Assembly: GCF_964213995.1 (NCBI RefSeq)
Contig: NC_135816.1
Span: forward strand, 47,182,001-47,246,000
Source of the DNA: Mustelus asterias
Lineage: Eukaryota
DNA: 64,000 nt
Direction of reading: 5' to 3'
The notes beneath the pieces were generated by a model that worked only from the letters and a program-made list of their open reading frames with translations, was not told the origin of the DNA and did not search any database. Positions 13,169-27,120 of this stretch are shown in pieces. Within the stretch, counting starts at the first letter, position 1. Each line of letters begins with the position of its first letter. The translations under genes were made by a program, and so were the position numbers.

Positions 13169-15011
13169 ATCTTCACCCCACTATCTTGCAGTGCTGCCGG
13201 CAAATTTCAATAATCGGATTAGTACTTGACAGGCATCTTCCTGAATTCTCATTCCTGGTTTTCCAGGTTGTGTTGCCATTGTAAGCACAGTCTATTCTGT
13301 CAATAAACTGTTATCAGCATGCTAACCTTTATAAAACATATTTGAATATTGAATTATACATTGGTATGTTGACACTTCGACTTTTGAAATTATTTATTTA
13401 CATGTTGTTTATGCCGTGGTTTACTGATACATTGAGTGATGGTAAAATATTGAAGTACATATCAACACCTTTGATCCAGCTTATCATCACTTGCTGCACC
13501 TTAACATTAGAGCCACATGAAGCAACTATTTTGTGATTTCATATTTCCATGCGGATAAAGCCAGCCACTTCCAAAGCATTGCTTAATCAAATTAGCTGGA
13601 GCACTATGAAATCAACCAATATTGATCTGAAAGGCCATAATTGCACAAGTTGTCAGGGGTAAATGTTGTGGTGTGATCAGTGATAGAGATAGAGTATGAA
13701 GCACCAGGATGCATTTCTTAAATAATTCAACCATTATAGAAAAGTTATCCAATCTCTGGCTCACTGATTTCAAGGTTTGGTGCAAGAGATCACAGGCTAA
13801 ATAAAGATCAGTCCAGGCCCCAGATTCTAGGGCGATAACAAAGTATAAGGCAGTGAAAATTCTAAAAGACCAGGTGAGTGTCACCCGTAGGCTTGGCATG
13901 ATAAAAAACAGATCATAAAAATGACTTGCCATGTCAAGGAATAAGACAGTGTTTCAGGGAATTGGTATGGGTAAGTAATTTATTAACAATGACAACACAG
14001 CAAGATCCACTGTAAGACTGAACACAAGGGTTGGCTGCATAATTTCTGTTACCAAGGTTACAGTTTGTTTATGCCATTACATTGAATGTCACATAGCCCT
14101 TCATCATTTTATTGTGCAATAGGTATATTCATTGCAATTTGTAACATGTGAGTAATTCTGAACCAGACTCAAAGTTCACGTAATATTAATTACAACAATC
14201 ATCCATGGAGTCTTCGAACAGATCTTCCAGTAATTTTGATTTTTATATCTGCCCAAACTACTGCAATCCACTTGTTTAAAGCTTGCTACAAATTGACTAT
14301 CCTTACCCCTATAGTGTAAAGGGTTAACATTAAATATATAAATAGACAGTCGATATTATCAGTGATGTAGATCACATGATGACATAGCATGCTGGGAGAT
14401 AGTTCCATGTGAAGCCCCACAGAACCATAGAAAGGTTACGGTGCAGAAAGAGGCCATTCAGCCCATCATGCCTGAGAAAACAGTAACTAGCTGCTTATTT
14501 TAATCCCTTTTCCAAAACCATGCAGGTTATAGCAGTTCAGATGTAGATCCAGGTACATTTAAAATGAATTAAGTGTTTCAACCTCAACCAGCAACTTAAA
14601 CAGTGAATTCCAGATGCCCACCACCCTCCAGTTGAAAAAGATTTTCCTCATGTCCCCTCTAGTCCTTCTTAAATCTATGCCCCCAGTAATTGGCCCCTGA
14701 ACTAGGGGAAACAAGTCTTTCCTGTCTACCCTACCTAGGCCCTTCATAACTTTGGACACCTTAACTAGATCATCCCTTGGCCTCCTTTGTTCTACAAACC
14801 AAGCTTATCCAATCTCTCCTCGAAGTTGCAATTTTCAAGCTCTGGCAACTTTCTTGTAAATCTCCTCTGCAATCTCTCCAGAACAATTATGTTCTTCCTA
14901 TGATGTGGTGGCCAGAACTGTACACAAAATTCCAGCTGTGGCCTAACCAGCGTTTTATACAATTCCATCATTCCATCTGTGCTTTCCTATTCAATGCCTC
15001 ACCCAATAAAG

Positions 15012-15226
15012 TAGGAAGTCTCATAACACCAGGGTAAAGTCCAACAGGTTTATTTGGTAGCACAATCCACAAGCTTTCAGAGCGCTGCTCCTTCATCAGG
15101 TGAGTGGGAAGGAGCAGCGCTCCGAAAGCTTGTGGCTTGTGCTACCAAATAAACCTGTTGGACTTTAACCTGGTGTTGTGAGACTTCTTACTGTGTTCAC
15201 CCCAGTCCAACGCCGGCATCTCCACA
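15012..15226. mobile_element. Penelope-like insertion with inverted terminal structure and 13-bp TSD
   Basis: 84-bp arms 15011-15094 / 15108-15191; TSD tcacccaataaag at 14999-15011 and 15227-15239. Confidence 0.85.
15067..15103 (-). ncRNA. Minimal hammerhead ribozyme motif
   Basis: Reverse complement TCAC-CTGATGA-A-GGAGC-agc-GCTCT-GAAA-GC-TT-GTGG. Confidence 0.7.
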
Positions 15227-16564
15227 TCACCCAATAAAGACATCCCATTTATTTTCTTAACCACTTGTCCAGCTGTCTTACCATCTTCAAGAACCTGTGG
15301 ACATGCATTCCATGTTTTCTTACTTCCTCTACACCTCTCAATATCTTCCCGTTTATTGAGTATTCCCTTACTTTGCTTGCCCTCTCCAAATACATTACCT
15401 CACACTTTTCTGGATTGAATTCCATTTGCCACTTCTCTGCCCACTTGACAAAACTATTATAATTCTGGAGTCGACAGTTATCCTTTTCACTATCGACTAC
15501 ACAGCCATTTTTTGTGTCATCTGCAATGCCATCCACACTTAAGTTTAAATCATTATTATATACTACAAATAGCAAAGGCCTCAACATTGAACCCTGTGGA
15601 ACATCAATGGGCTCAGTTTCAGGACAGTTTTCAGTTGCTCAGGGTGAATGAATGGAATCCACTTGGCCACTGGTAAATGGCATTAATCGTTAACCCATGA
15701 CACCCCTTCACTGATGGGATGGCAGAGTTGATGCAACTGTACCTCCTTCACTATAGCATTCACTCTCCGAGGCTGCATTCCTGTCTTCCACTAAACAACT
15801 ATTCCAAAATTTGATGTGAGGTTATTGAGTTGTGTCTATCCCTTTAAAAGTGCAAAATTAGAAATCTGGCTTGCTATTGCTCCCTGGGCAATGGTCTCTG
15901 AGTCTTGTGTAATTGTCCTGGACGTTATCCGCCATAATGGCACCTACAAGTGAGTCCAATATGACTCTTCTTCAGAACTTTTGTTTTTACTAAGTTTCCA
16001 GGTTGACAGCTTCTTTTTGAATTTTTTTGAGCTGAATAGTAAGTTCTCCCACCTTTCATTGTTTTATTTAAAGTATTATTTTCATGCAGCTGAATGAGGT
16101 TGGGCCTGGGATACAGTTCTGAAAAATTACTGCAGCAATGTCCTGGAGTTGATTGGCTTTGAACAACTGCACACCTTTGTGCTCGCTATGATTCCAGGAA
16201 TGGTGTCCTTGCCCATTGTTACAGATGGGGAGAGTTGGTGGATTAACATTTTCCTTTTTTCCTCCTATTTCAGTTATCCACATTACGATCTGTATTTTTA
16301 GAGGGAATGTTTTAAAACCTGATGGCATTGCGGCTTTAAAGGATAGACAGAAAACAAGTTTTCTGGCAGGTTGAAATCAAAGATAAACATTAATTCACAC
16401 ACCAACATCCGGAATGTAAACACCATAAAAAACTACTCACTCCCTCAAACGCACCAACACATACACAGAAGAAAAAAGCAGTCTTACAGATTTACTCTGA
16501 AATAGTTACAAGCCCTGATGGGGTCTTGTCTCATGGTTCTATGAAGGTGAATGGAAGTTGGAAG

Positions 16565-16879
16565 TCTAAGTTTAAGTATATGTATTAGTGTCACAAGTAG
16601 GCTTACTTTAACACTGCAATGCAGTTATAGTGAAAATCCCCTAGTCACCACACTCCAGCACCTGTTCCGGGTACACTGAGGGAGAATCTAGCATGGCCAA
16701 TATGGCTAACCAGCGCGTCTTTTGGACTTGTGGGACAAAATCAGAGCACCCAGAGGAAACCCACGCAGACACAGGGAGAACGTGCAGACTCCGCACAGAC
16801 AGTGACCCAAGCTGGGATTCGATCCCGGGTCCGTGGCGTTGTGAGGCAGCAATGCTAACCACTGTGCCACCATGCCACC
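16565..16879 (-). mobile_element. V-SINE, alternative (Rex1-like) tail
   Basis: HE1 head and core; tail ggggattttcac...aagcctacttgtgacactaata. Confidence 0.9.
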
Positions 16880-17290
16880 CGTCTCTGAGTTTTCAGACAA
16901 ATTTGTAATCGAAGTCTGTGGAAATAAGAAATGCTTTAGTAGATGGAACAAATTAGTTTCCTCGCACTGCCTGAGTTGAATGGTCATTTAGACAGAGTGC
17001 TGATCTTCTTGTTGTTTGTCCCTGACTGACCTGCCTCTGGCCTGTCCTTTGAGTAATAAGATTTGCCAGGTTTCATGTCAGAATTTGACTCATGTGATCA
17101 CAAAATCAATATTTCCACTATCCGCCCAAATTATTCTTATTTAGGAGACACTGCTGACAATGGGGGGGAGGGGGGGGGTGAACGGCAGCTATTCACACTT
17201 CTTTATGATAAACTAATTTCTTTGTTAGTTTTCAAGCTTGCAGACACTAACCATTGAATAACCATTCATATTCAATAACCATCAAATATC

Positions 17291-18645
17291 AGTCTAACCT
17301 CAGTGGTTGGTAAACTGATGGAGAAGAGCCTGAGGGACAGGATATATGAGCATTTAGAGAGGTTTAGTATGCTCAAGAATACTCAGCATGGCTTTGTCAA
17401 AGGCAGATCGTGCCTTACGAACCTGGTGGAGTTCTTCGAAAATGTGACTAAACACATTGACGAAGGGAAGGCGGTAGATGTGGTTTATATGGATTTTAGC
17501 AAGGCGTTCGATAAGGTCCCCCATGCAAGGCTTCTGGAAAAAGTGAGAGGGCATGGGATCCAAGGAGCTGCTGCCCGGTGGATCCAGAACTGGCTTGCCC
17601 AAAGGAGGCAGAGAGTGGGTATAGATGGGTCTTTTTCTAAATGGAGGTCGGTCACCAGTGGTGTGCCCCAGGGATCTGTTCTGGAACCCTTGCTGTTTGT
17701 CATTTTCATAAATGACCTGGATGAGGAAGCAGAGGGATGGGTTGGTAAGTTTGCCAACGACACAAAGGTTGGTGGGGTTGTGGATAGTCTGGAGGGATGT
17801 CAGAAGTTACAGAGGGACATAGATAGGATGCAAGACTGGGTGGAGAAGTGGCAGATGGACTTCAGCCCAGATAAATGCGTCGTGGTCCATTTTGGTAGGT
17901 CAAATGGGATGAAGGAGTACAATATAAAGGGAAAGACTCTTAGTACTGTAGAGGATCAGAAGGACCTTGGGGTCCGGGTCCATAGGACTCTGAAATCGGC
18001 CCCGCAGGTGGAGGAGGTGGTTAAGAAGGCGTATGGTGTGCTGGCCTTTATCAATCGAGGGATTGAGTTTAGGAGTCCGGGGATAATGATGCAGCTATAT
18101 AAGACCCTCATCAGACCCCACTTGGAGTACTGTGCTCAGTTCTGGTCGCCTCACTATAGGAAGGATGTGGAAAAGATTGAAAGGGTGCAGAGGAGATTTA
18201 CAAGGATGTTGCCTGGATTGAGTGGCATGCCTTATGAGGATAGGCTGAGGGAGCTCGGTCTTTTCTCCTTGGAGAGACGAATGATGAGAGGAGACCTAAT
18301 AGAGGTGTATAAGATGTTGCGAGGCATAGATCGGGTGGACTCTCAGAGGCTTTTTCCCAGGGTGGAAATGTCTGCTACGAGAGGACACAAGTTTCAGGTG
18401 CTGGGGGGTAGGTACAGGGGAGATGTTAGGGGTAAGTTTTTCACACAGAGGGTAGTGGGCGAGTGGAATCGGCTGCCATCAGCGGTGGTGGAGGCGAACT
18501 CAATAGGGTCTTTTAAGAGACTCCTGGATGAGTACATGGAGTTCAATAGGATGGAGGGTTATAGGTAGGTCTAGAAGGTAGGGATGTGTTCGGCACAACT
18601 TGTGGGCTGAAGGGCCTGTTTGTGCTGTAGTTTTTCTATGTTTCT
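17291..18645 (+). mobile_element. Young 5'-truncated CR1 LINE with uninterrupted 421-aa RT ORF (17303..18568)
   Basis: QHGF, DFSKAFD, GVPQGSVL; catalytic FADD reads FAND; CR1 3' UTR. Confidence 0.95.
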
Positions 18646-18884
18646 GTGAGTTTCTGTAAATGTATAAGAACAAGGAGCTGTAAATTCACGAGTGGTTTCA
18701 TATCCAGAATGCCTTTCCAAGGTCATTTACAATTTAATGACTTTCCAATGACAGCAATTAGTTTCAGAAAACACAAAAGGTCACCTGACACCCTGACTCC
18801 ATCTTAGGCCGAAGTAAATTGTCCATATGCCATGCTGGTTATTTTACAGGTAAAAATGTTCATCAATCCATAAATTCACAAGCA

Positions 18885-19575
18885 TATGATGCAAGTGCGA
18901 CACCATTTTCAAAGTAAAGACATGAGACTTCATCAATTCCAGAGTCAATTTTAAACCTCGGGATGGTGATGGAAGAGTTTGGGATTTTGGTTGAAAGGAA
19001 TGAATGTGAACATGTCAGGCTATTGCTTGACTAGCTTTTGAGGACAGTCCTCCCAATTTTAGACCATAAGACCATTAGATATAGGAGCAGAATTAAACCA
19101 TTTGGTCCATCAAGTCTGCACCGCCATTCGATCATAGCTGATATGTTTCTCAATCCCATTCTCCCGCCTTTTCCCTATAATCTTTGATCCCCTTATCAAT
19201 CAAGAACCAATCTATCTCTGTCTTAAATATACTTTTGGCATAAATCACCAAATTTCTGTAAGGAGGATTTTGAAGTTTTGACTGGTCCTTTGTCTTGTCT
19301 GGTAATTAGGTCAACACCAGGTGTTCACTCTGGTTTTGTTCCTATTAGTCCTCTCCATAGTGCTTGGATACAACTGAGTAGCTTGTTCGGCTATTTCAGA
19401 GGGCAGTTCAGATTGCTGTGTGTCTGCCTCCCTTATAAATCTGGTTGGATAAACACATAAGATTTCTTTCTCTAAAGGACATCAGAGATTTCTGACAAGC
19501 TTGTAGTTTCATGGTCACCATTTCTTGTTTATTCTTGATTTATTTAATTAACTGAATTTAAATTTCTTACCTGTC
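18885..19575 (-). mobile_element. Decayed fragment of the second LINE family with a CR1 3' end (19062-19232) inserted
   Basis: gaggacagtcctcccaattt|...|tggca continuity across agaccataagaccattagatataggagcag CR1 tail. Confidence 0.5.
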
Positions 19576-20354
19576 ATGATGGGATTAATCCAGCCCTCAT
19601 ACCATCATTACCATCATATTAATGCATCAGTTCCGTCCCAAAATTTGCAAACTATTTTAAGTCGTCCTGTTAAAGGATTGTACAACTCAAAGTTAATTTC
19701 AAATTTGGCGATGAGACTATTCGATTTTAAAGAACACTTTCTCCCCCTTACAGAAAATATTTGAGACTTTAATGCAATAAAGCAAAGTTTAAGGAACATT
19801 ATTAGTCCCATTGAACTAATGGAGCAGACCCATTTTCTGTAAGGGAGTTCTACAGTTACAGTTTTTAACCACTTTTCACCGCTTGACTCCTGATCTAATG
19901 AACTTTAGCTTACTGAAATGGATTATTTACAGTGCAAAACCCATTATTCATCTCATTATCATTTAAAAATTGCGTGCACACTTTGAAACTGGAGTGACAT
20001 ATAAACACAATGTTAATCTAAATAGAAATGGGCACACCTCTTAAACCTCCAGCAAAACGAGCTCATATATCTCCAATAAAAATGAATTTACTCACCCAAC
20101 AGTTCGCATGATAAAAGTAATAGCTGATGTGTGCTGAATTTCAATGATTGGGAAGGTACTAAGGTCAATCCCTGGTCGATGTTGCAGTAGCTGATCTCAA
20201 TTATGGCAAGTGTTAGAACTGAGGAAAGGGTCAACAAAATATCCTGTTCCCAATCAGGGACTCTTGTTTGAAAGTGTACACTTGTGATTGTCAGTTGAAG
20301 ACAAAGTCAAGTTCAGTTATGATGTCCTCCATGGTCTATTTGGCTGCTGAATCT

Positions 20355-20656
20355 AGTTTGTTTATTAGTGTCACAAGTAGGCTTACATTAACACTGTAAT
20401 GATGTTACTGAGAAAATCCCTGAGTTGCCACACTCCAGCGGTTGTTCGGGTACACTGAGAAAGAATTTAGCATGGCCAGTGCACCTAACCAGCACGTCTT
20501 TCCTACTGTGGGAGGAAACCAGAGCACCCGGAGGAAACCCATGCAGACACGGGGAGAACGTGCAAACTTCACACAGACAGTGACCCAAACCGGTAATCGA
20601 ATCCACGTCCCTGGCACTGTGAGGCATCAGTGCTAACCACTGTGCCCCTGTGCCGC
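20355..20656 (-). mobile_element. V-SINE, alternative tail
   Basis: HE1 head and core; cttgtgacactaataaacaaact tail. Confidence 0.9.
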
Positions 20657-21764
20657 CTCACTTCCATGTAAAGAACAACCAATGTATCAAAGAACTGCAA
20701 ACCTCGTTTTCATATTTTTCAAGATTGACAACTCACTATGCGAAGCATAATCTCAAACTCACATGGCACCACTCAATCATATCACACAGCGCAGCACCCA
20801 CATACAGCATTTCCAGAACTGTATTGTAACACAAATTGAACCACCACAATGAAATAGAAACAATCAAGTGAGAAATTTCATAGATAAATAGCAATCAAAA
20901 CTAAGCGTACATTTTGACCAGAATAACTCGTCCTACATTGAAGGGTATACACCAAATGTCTGCTGTTTTTACAAGCGCTAACTGATTGATGTATATTTCC
21001 AAGATTTTCTGGGTATTCTTTCATAAAGCTGTTGTTCAGAGTGATTCAAATGACCTCCAAAAACAAAAAGTACATCAGGTGCCATGATTTCTGTCTTGAG
21101 GAAGCCTAAGGTCCATAATGCACCCAATCCGCATCACATGCCAAAGTACAGTCATGGAGCGCACTGACTGCTTGCAACCTTCACAAGGCACATTGCTCCA
21201 ATAACTTTGAGGAAGCATGATGTAATTGGAGGCATGACCAGCACCCAATACTCTGAACATGGGCATCCATTGGGGTAGCTTTTTCGTTGCTTACTAACAG
21301 TACACCACTGCACCTCTTCACAATTGAGCATTGGATCAATTCAGTCAGTGAAATTTGCTAGACTCTTCCTGATACTTACATAAATCTGTGCTGCAGTTTG
21401 GTTGTATTTCTGAATAATTATGCATCCCCTTATATGAAAGCATTTATCTGCAGGTTGTGGAGGAAGGGAAGGATTTAAGGATACTTATTAGACAAGTGAC
21501 AACTTATCTTTCGTACTCCCATTTGGATACATTTATTACTGACATCCATAAAGACTTTTATTGAAGCTCTGTGAAGAAATCTGCCAGTGTTGTCTGTGCT
21601 TCCTAAAAGCAGCTGTCAACATGCTCTATGCATTTCTGTGGTTAGACTTCAAGACCGCATCCAGAAGGGAGTGTCCTCCATCATGGCTAAAACAAGTGCA
21701 CGAGGTAAGAGTCGACCATTCAATCTGTCGAGCCTGCTCCACCATTCAGTTAGATCACGGCTGA

Positions 21765-23570
21765 TACAAACATACGAATTAGGAGCAGGCGTAGGCCACT
21801 CAGCCCCTTGAGCCGAATCCGCCACTCAATAAGATCATGGCTGATCTGATTGCAACCTCAACCTCACATTCCTGCCAACCCCGATAACCTTTCACCTCCT
21901 TGCTAATCAGAATCCATTGAGCTCTGCCTTAAAAATTTTCAGAGATTCTGCCTCCATTTGCCTTTTGAGGATGAGTTCCAGAGACTCAAGACCCTCTGAG
22001 AGAAAACAATTCTCTCCATCGCTGTCTTAAATGAACTACCCCTTATTTTTAAACAGTGACCCCCCTAGTTCTAGATTCTCCGGCAAGAGGAAACATGTGC
22101 TCACATTCACCCTGTCAATACACCTCCGGATCTTAAAGGTTTCAATCAAGTTGCCTCTTACTTTTCTAAACTCCAGTGGATATAACCTAACCTTCCCCAC
22201 CTTTCCTCGTAAGACAATCTGCTTATTGCTAATAAACCTTTTCTGAACTGTTTCTAATGCATTTACATCTTTCCTTCAATAAGGAGACCAGTACTGTACA
22301 CAATACGCCAGATATGATCTCACCAATGTCCTGCACAACTGAAGTATACTTTTGTAATCCCTATTTTTATAATCAATTCCTTTTGTGATTCATGAACTTG
22401 AACCCAGATCCCTCTGAATCTTAGAGCTCTGCAATCTCTCACCATTTCGACAATAAGCTTCTCTTTTATTCTTCCTGCCAAAAAGGACAATTTCACATTT
22501 GCCCACATTGTACTCCCATTTGCCAGATTTTTTGCCTACTCACTTTACCTATCTATGTCCCTTTTTCCAAGTGTCCTGCTATAACCTCTTTAATAATGGC
22601 TTCCAATATTTTCCCTATGACAGATGTTGGGCTGACAGACCTATAGTTTCCTGCTTTCTTTTTTTGGATTAAAGGAGGTATATTTGATATTTTCCAATCT
22701 AATGGAACCTTCCCCAAATTTAGGGAATTTTGGAAAATTAAAGCCAATGATTCAACTACCTCATTAGTCACTTCTTTCAAAACCTTAGGTTGAAGTCCAT
22801 CCAGACCCAGGGATTTGTCAGCCTGCAAACTCAATAATTTGCTCAATACTGCTTCTCTGTTGATTGTAAGTTTCCTGAGTTCCTCCCTCCCTTCAATTTC
22901 CTGATTTGCAGCTATTTCTAGGGTATTACTTGTGACCTCTGTAGTGAAGACCGATTCAAAATACCTGTTTAATCAATCTACCATCGCGCTGCTTTCCATT
23001 ATCAATTCCCCGGATGCACTTTCTATTGGACAAAAGCTCACTTTGTTAACTTGTTTCTTATTGAAATATCCATAGAAAATCTTACTGTCCTTTTTTATAT
23101 TACTAGCTAGCTTTCTCTCATACTCTAGCTTTTCCTCCTTGTCAATCCTTTTGTCATTCTTTGATTTTTAAAAAATATTCTTTCCAACCTTCTGACCTGC
23201 CGCTCACCTTTGTGCAAAAATATGCTTTTTTTTTCAAGTTTACTGATCATCTTTCTCAACACTACTTTCTCGCGCGATCCCCATAACCCATGCTGTCATT
23301 AATCTCCAGAAATCTATCGATTTCTGTCTTGGACATGCTCAATGATTGACATTGCATAGCCCTCTGGAGTAGAAAATTCCAAGACTCACCACCCTCTGAG
23401 TAAAGAAATTCCTCCTCACCTCAGTCTTAAATGGCCTGCCCCTTATTCTGAGACTGTGTCCCCTGATTCTAGAGTCATCGCCAGGAGTAACATCCTATCT
23501 GAAGCCATCCTGTCAGACCCTGTAAGAATATTGTAAGTTTTAATGAGAACACCTCTCATCCTTCTGATCT
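21765..23570 (-). mobile_element. Old CR1 fragments
   Basis: ORF 22553..22846 (KSLGLDG..P.VLKE, VPLDWK, GNYRSVS); tail ttaggagcaggcgtaggccactcagcccc; second 3' piece 23260-23570. Confidence 0.8.
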
Positions 23571-23660
23571 CTGCTACATCTCTTTAGCCCACATGTAGGT
23601 ACCTGATGAACTGTTTGCTATGCCAAGGGATTTCAGTATGTTTCCTGTAGAAAACAGTCA

Positions 23661-23951
23661 AGCACGGTGGTACAGTGGTTAGCACTCGCAGCGCTAGAGA
23701 CCCAGGTTCGATATTGGCGTGGGTCACTGGGCAGAGTTTGTACATTCTCCCCATGCCTGCGTAGGTTTCCTCTGAGTGCTCCGGTTTCCTCTCACAGTCT
23801 GAAAGACGTGCTGGTTAGGTGCATTGGCCATGCTAAATTCTCCCACAGTGTACCTGAACAGGCACCAAAGTGTGTCGACTAAGGGATTTTCACAGTAACT
23901 TCATTGCAGTGTTAATGTAAGCCTACTTGTGACACTAATAAATAAACTTTA
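23661..23951 (+). mobile_element. V-SINE, alternative tail
   Basis: Head, core and aagcctacttgtgacactaataaataaacttt. Confidence 0.9.
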
Positions 23952-25225
23952 AACAAGAAAGATCCCCGTATTTCTACTGTGCAGCAGAAATGTAGGGCAT
24001 ATTTGATTGAATTTTGGTATCTGTGTGCGTCCCTAACCTCAACGTTACTATTCATGAGCAGAAAGACACACCATTCCACCAATGTGCAGATAGTCTGCAA
24101 CCCAGGAAAAAAAATCATGCTTGTAAATATGCATGCAGCGTCAGCATTGTCCACCACTAATGGTGTCATTGCTGAGCTGCTGGCCTTCTGATTAGCCCAA
24201 CAGCTCTTTGGATCAGGCCACCATCCTAAACAGGGACGGTAGCCCCCGCAACAACCAACAAATTGGCTGCAGCTGGCAAAATACAGTGCTGGGCCCTGCC
24301 ACATGCCGTACCAAGGTAGCCTCCCCCACTCCACCCCTCCTTTCAGCCCTGGCAACAAGATCTTTGTCGCCTCCACAATACTCAGTACTGTGTATCAATA
24401 CTAATGTTACTAGTCTTGATTAGATTGCCCTCTGGTGACAGTATAGCCACATGACTCCTTGGATTTCAGACAGCTTCCTGAAGCCAAGTGAGGAAGAAAC
24501 TGTGAAATGCGTTCAGCTGCAAACCAGCAGTTAGAAGCATTCAACAGAGCTATGTTAGTAACTGCTGGAGGAGAAAGAGTTCTATAATGTACAGAATGTC
24601 TACTGCAGAATTTAATATTGCAGCGATATAACATTCCTCAGAATCTGAATTTGTCATTAATGTTGGAGGGAAATGTTAGAAATGTGGCCAGCTTGGAACA
24701 TTTATGGTCTCCAAAAAGTGTCAGGTGTCAGAACTGTGAGAACGGGGGAAGGTTAACTCCATTAACTTAGGGCATATAATATCATTGTAATGGTGGATAG
24801 TTATCATGGAACGTTGCAATTATCGGTGAAAATGGCTCCAATTCACTCAGTGACAGCCCACTGTTAAGGTGATGAGGTGGATATAAGTGCTTAGTGTTCT
24901 TCAATATTCTCTGCAAATGGTTACTATACATTCATGCATATAGTCAGTGTCTGGTTGAGCAGATGCATTCAGTTGCCTATTGAATGCTGTTCCAAGAGAT
25001 GGAACCCTGCTTTATGCTACAGGCAGAATTTCTTGTAATAGCTTTGGGATATCAGCACAATTGAAAACACTGTTCATATTTCTTATGCAGGCAAATTTCA
25101 CGCAACAAGATTCCATAAATGTTGGGGTGGTGTTGGCTATAGAATGTGTCTGTCAAAAAAGTCTTCATAATCTTCTGTAAGTTAACAGCAATCCTTTATT
25201 AACTATTTGTAACTATATACCTATC

Positions 25226-25546
25226 GAATCACAGAATCCCTACAGTGCAGAAGGAGGACATTCACATTCGGCCCATCGAATTCACACTGACCATAATCCC
25301 ACCCAGGCCCCACTCCTGCAACCCCACATATTTACACTGACATTGCTCTCACACTAAGGTCAATTTAGCATGGCCAATCAACCCAACCCACATATCTTTG
25401 GACAGTGGGAGGAAACCGGAGCACCCGGAGGAAAATCACGCAGACACAGGGAGAATGTGCAAACTCCACACAGTGACCAGAGGCCAGAATTGAACCCGGG
25501 TCCGTGGCGCTGTGAGGCAGCAGTGCTAACCACTGTGCCACTGTGC
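25226..25546 (-). mobile_element. HE1-type V-SINE (CR1-type tail)
   Basis: Reverse-complement head, core and gaatccctacagtgcagaagg tail. Confidence 0.9.
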
Positions 25547-26784
25547 CACTTCTATATAAAGTAAAGGGTACAGGTCCTAACATCTGTGTCTCCGCCTTAA
25601 CATATCCCTGTTCAACACCACACTAACCCTAGGTCTAGGTCATGTGCCTACTTACATCACTGTGTGGACAGTACTGTACTCAGTCCTACATTCAATCTGT
25701 ATTTGCCAGATCCTTATACTACACCTCCCTTGAATATGGAGTTACGCTAGTTTACTTCATGATTATTGGTTATTAGTCTAATACAATTTCCTTGTTGCTA
25801 CTGCCTTAATGCTATTTCAACATTATATCTATTAATGTATTAGTATTATTGCATTCTCACTATCCCCATCTCTCCCCAATGAAATTAGAGATTCAAGCAT
25901 TTGGGGGCCTTGTAACCCTTCCAATTTCTCATTCACTGTTTTGTTGGAGGACTGGTAGGCTCTGTTGGTTCTGGTCCTTGATATTGACTCAGAGGTTGGA
26001 TTGGCATTTGGGCATCATTATTGATATTCCTCCACTGTGAGAAAGGGCAGAGGTGCCACCTATCTTATGAGAAAGTGCCCTTGGCCATAGCAATCTGCTA
26101 AGTGTTGTGGATTTGGAGACATGACACTTGGAAGCACTGGGTTCAAAATGAAATGAGTCGTTATTTATGGTCTGTGATTTCTTCCATTGTTGCTGCTTCT
26201 CTCTCTAGTTTCCCTCTACATCTTATGACATAATTTCCATTTGTACACATTACTACACTACTATAGTAGGGCTGCACAATGAGCCAATAGGAATAAATAC
26301 AAATACATGGCAGTAAGACTGGGGTTGGTTCTCATTTTGTCGGAGGACCGTTCCTTGTCTCCTGAAGTCCAGGATCCAGACCTTATTACCCTGATGCAGC
26401 TATGGCAAGTGTCTTGTGCAGTGCTTTCTGTTGTAGAGAGAAGCTTGCCTCTGTGTGTACGACTGCTCATTTGTTTGGATGTCCTTGATTACTAACCCTG
26501 GCATTAATTCTTTTCAGCAGGATCAGAAGTTGTGTGTGAAGTTTCCTGCCCATCAGGAGCTCAGGCTGGGACTGTCACAAGGAAACGGGATGGACCTGAA
26601 TGTGAGCAATCCAGTGACAAAGTCCTGATTTTCCTTCATGGAGAGCTTTCACTGTGTGGACTCCTCGGTCCGTTTCTCCATTTGACAGCGGGTATGTTGG
26701 GGAGCTTGATGCAGTGGCAGAAGCTGGCTGTGGTTGAGAATTGAGTAAAGTATTTGTTGAAGAATTGAGGACCATTATTGGACA

Positions 26785-27120
26785 TGGGAGAGTGATTTTC
26801 CAACCTCGCCGCACCTGGCGCAGACCGTGCCGATCCCGGGAAATAGCGTGTAGGCCTTAAAATCTGTTTCGCGCCAAACGTTTGCAATCGTCCCTGTCCC
26901 TTTCTAGTGGCGCAAACCGGACTGCGCCAGTTAAATATGCATAGCCCATTCGACACTGGATTTTCCCAGCTCCTGGGATCTTCTGACATTCGGGCGTGGT
27001 GCGAGAATGGCAAGAGTCACTACTGATCTCCACTAGCGAGACCAGGCGCGATGGCTATGCTGAGGGACTCAGAGGCCACTGAAACCCCTGGGTGGTTGGG
27101 GACATGGCTGGGCAGTGCTA
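26785..27120. mobile_element. Truncated GC-rich TIR element fragment
   Basis: CpG-rich block starting gggagagtgattttcc, resembling the other MITE termini; no matching right end seen. Confidence 0.4.

Larger units (their letters stand above)
14420..15605 (-). mobile_element. Decayed CR1 3' half, interrupted by a Penelope insertion
   Basis: ORFs 15249..15587 (ADDTK, WQMEFNPEKC) and 14559..14759; tail at ~14420-14465. Confidence 0.85.

Noticed and set aside
21646-21704. Isolated plus-strand exon-like segment ending gag|gtaaga (similar one at 27496-27617)
   Set aside because: No recognisable protein and no consistent exon chain
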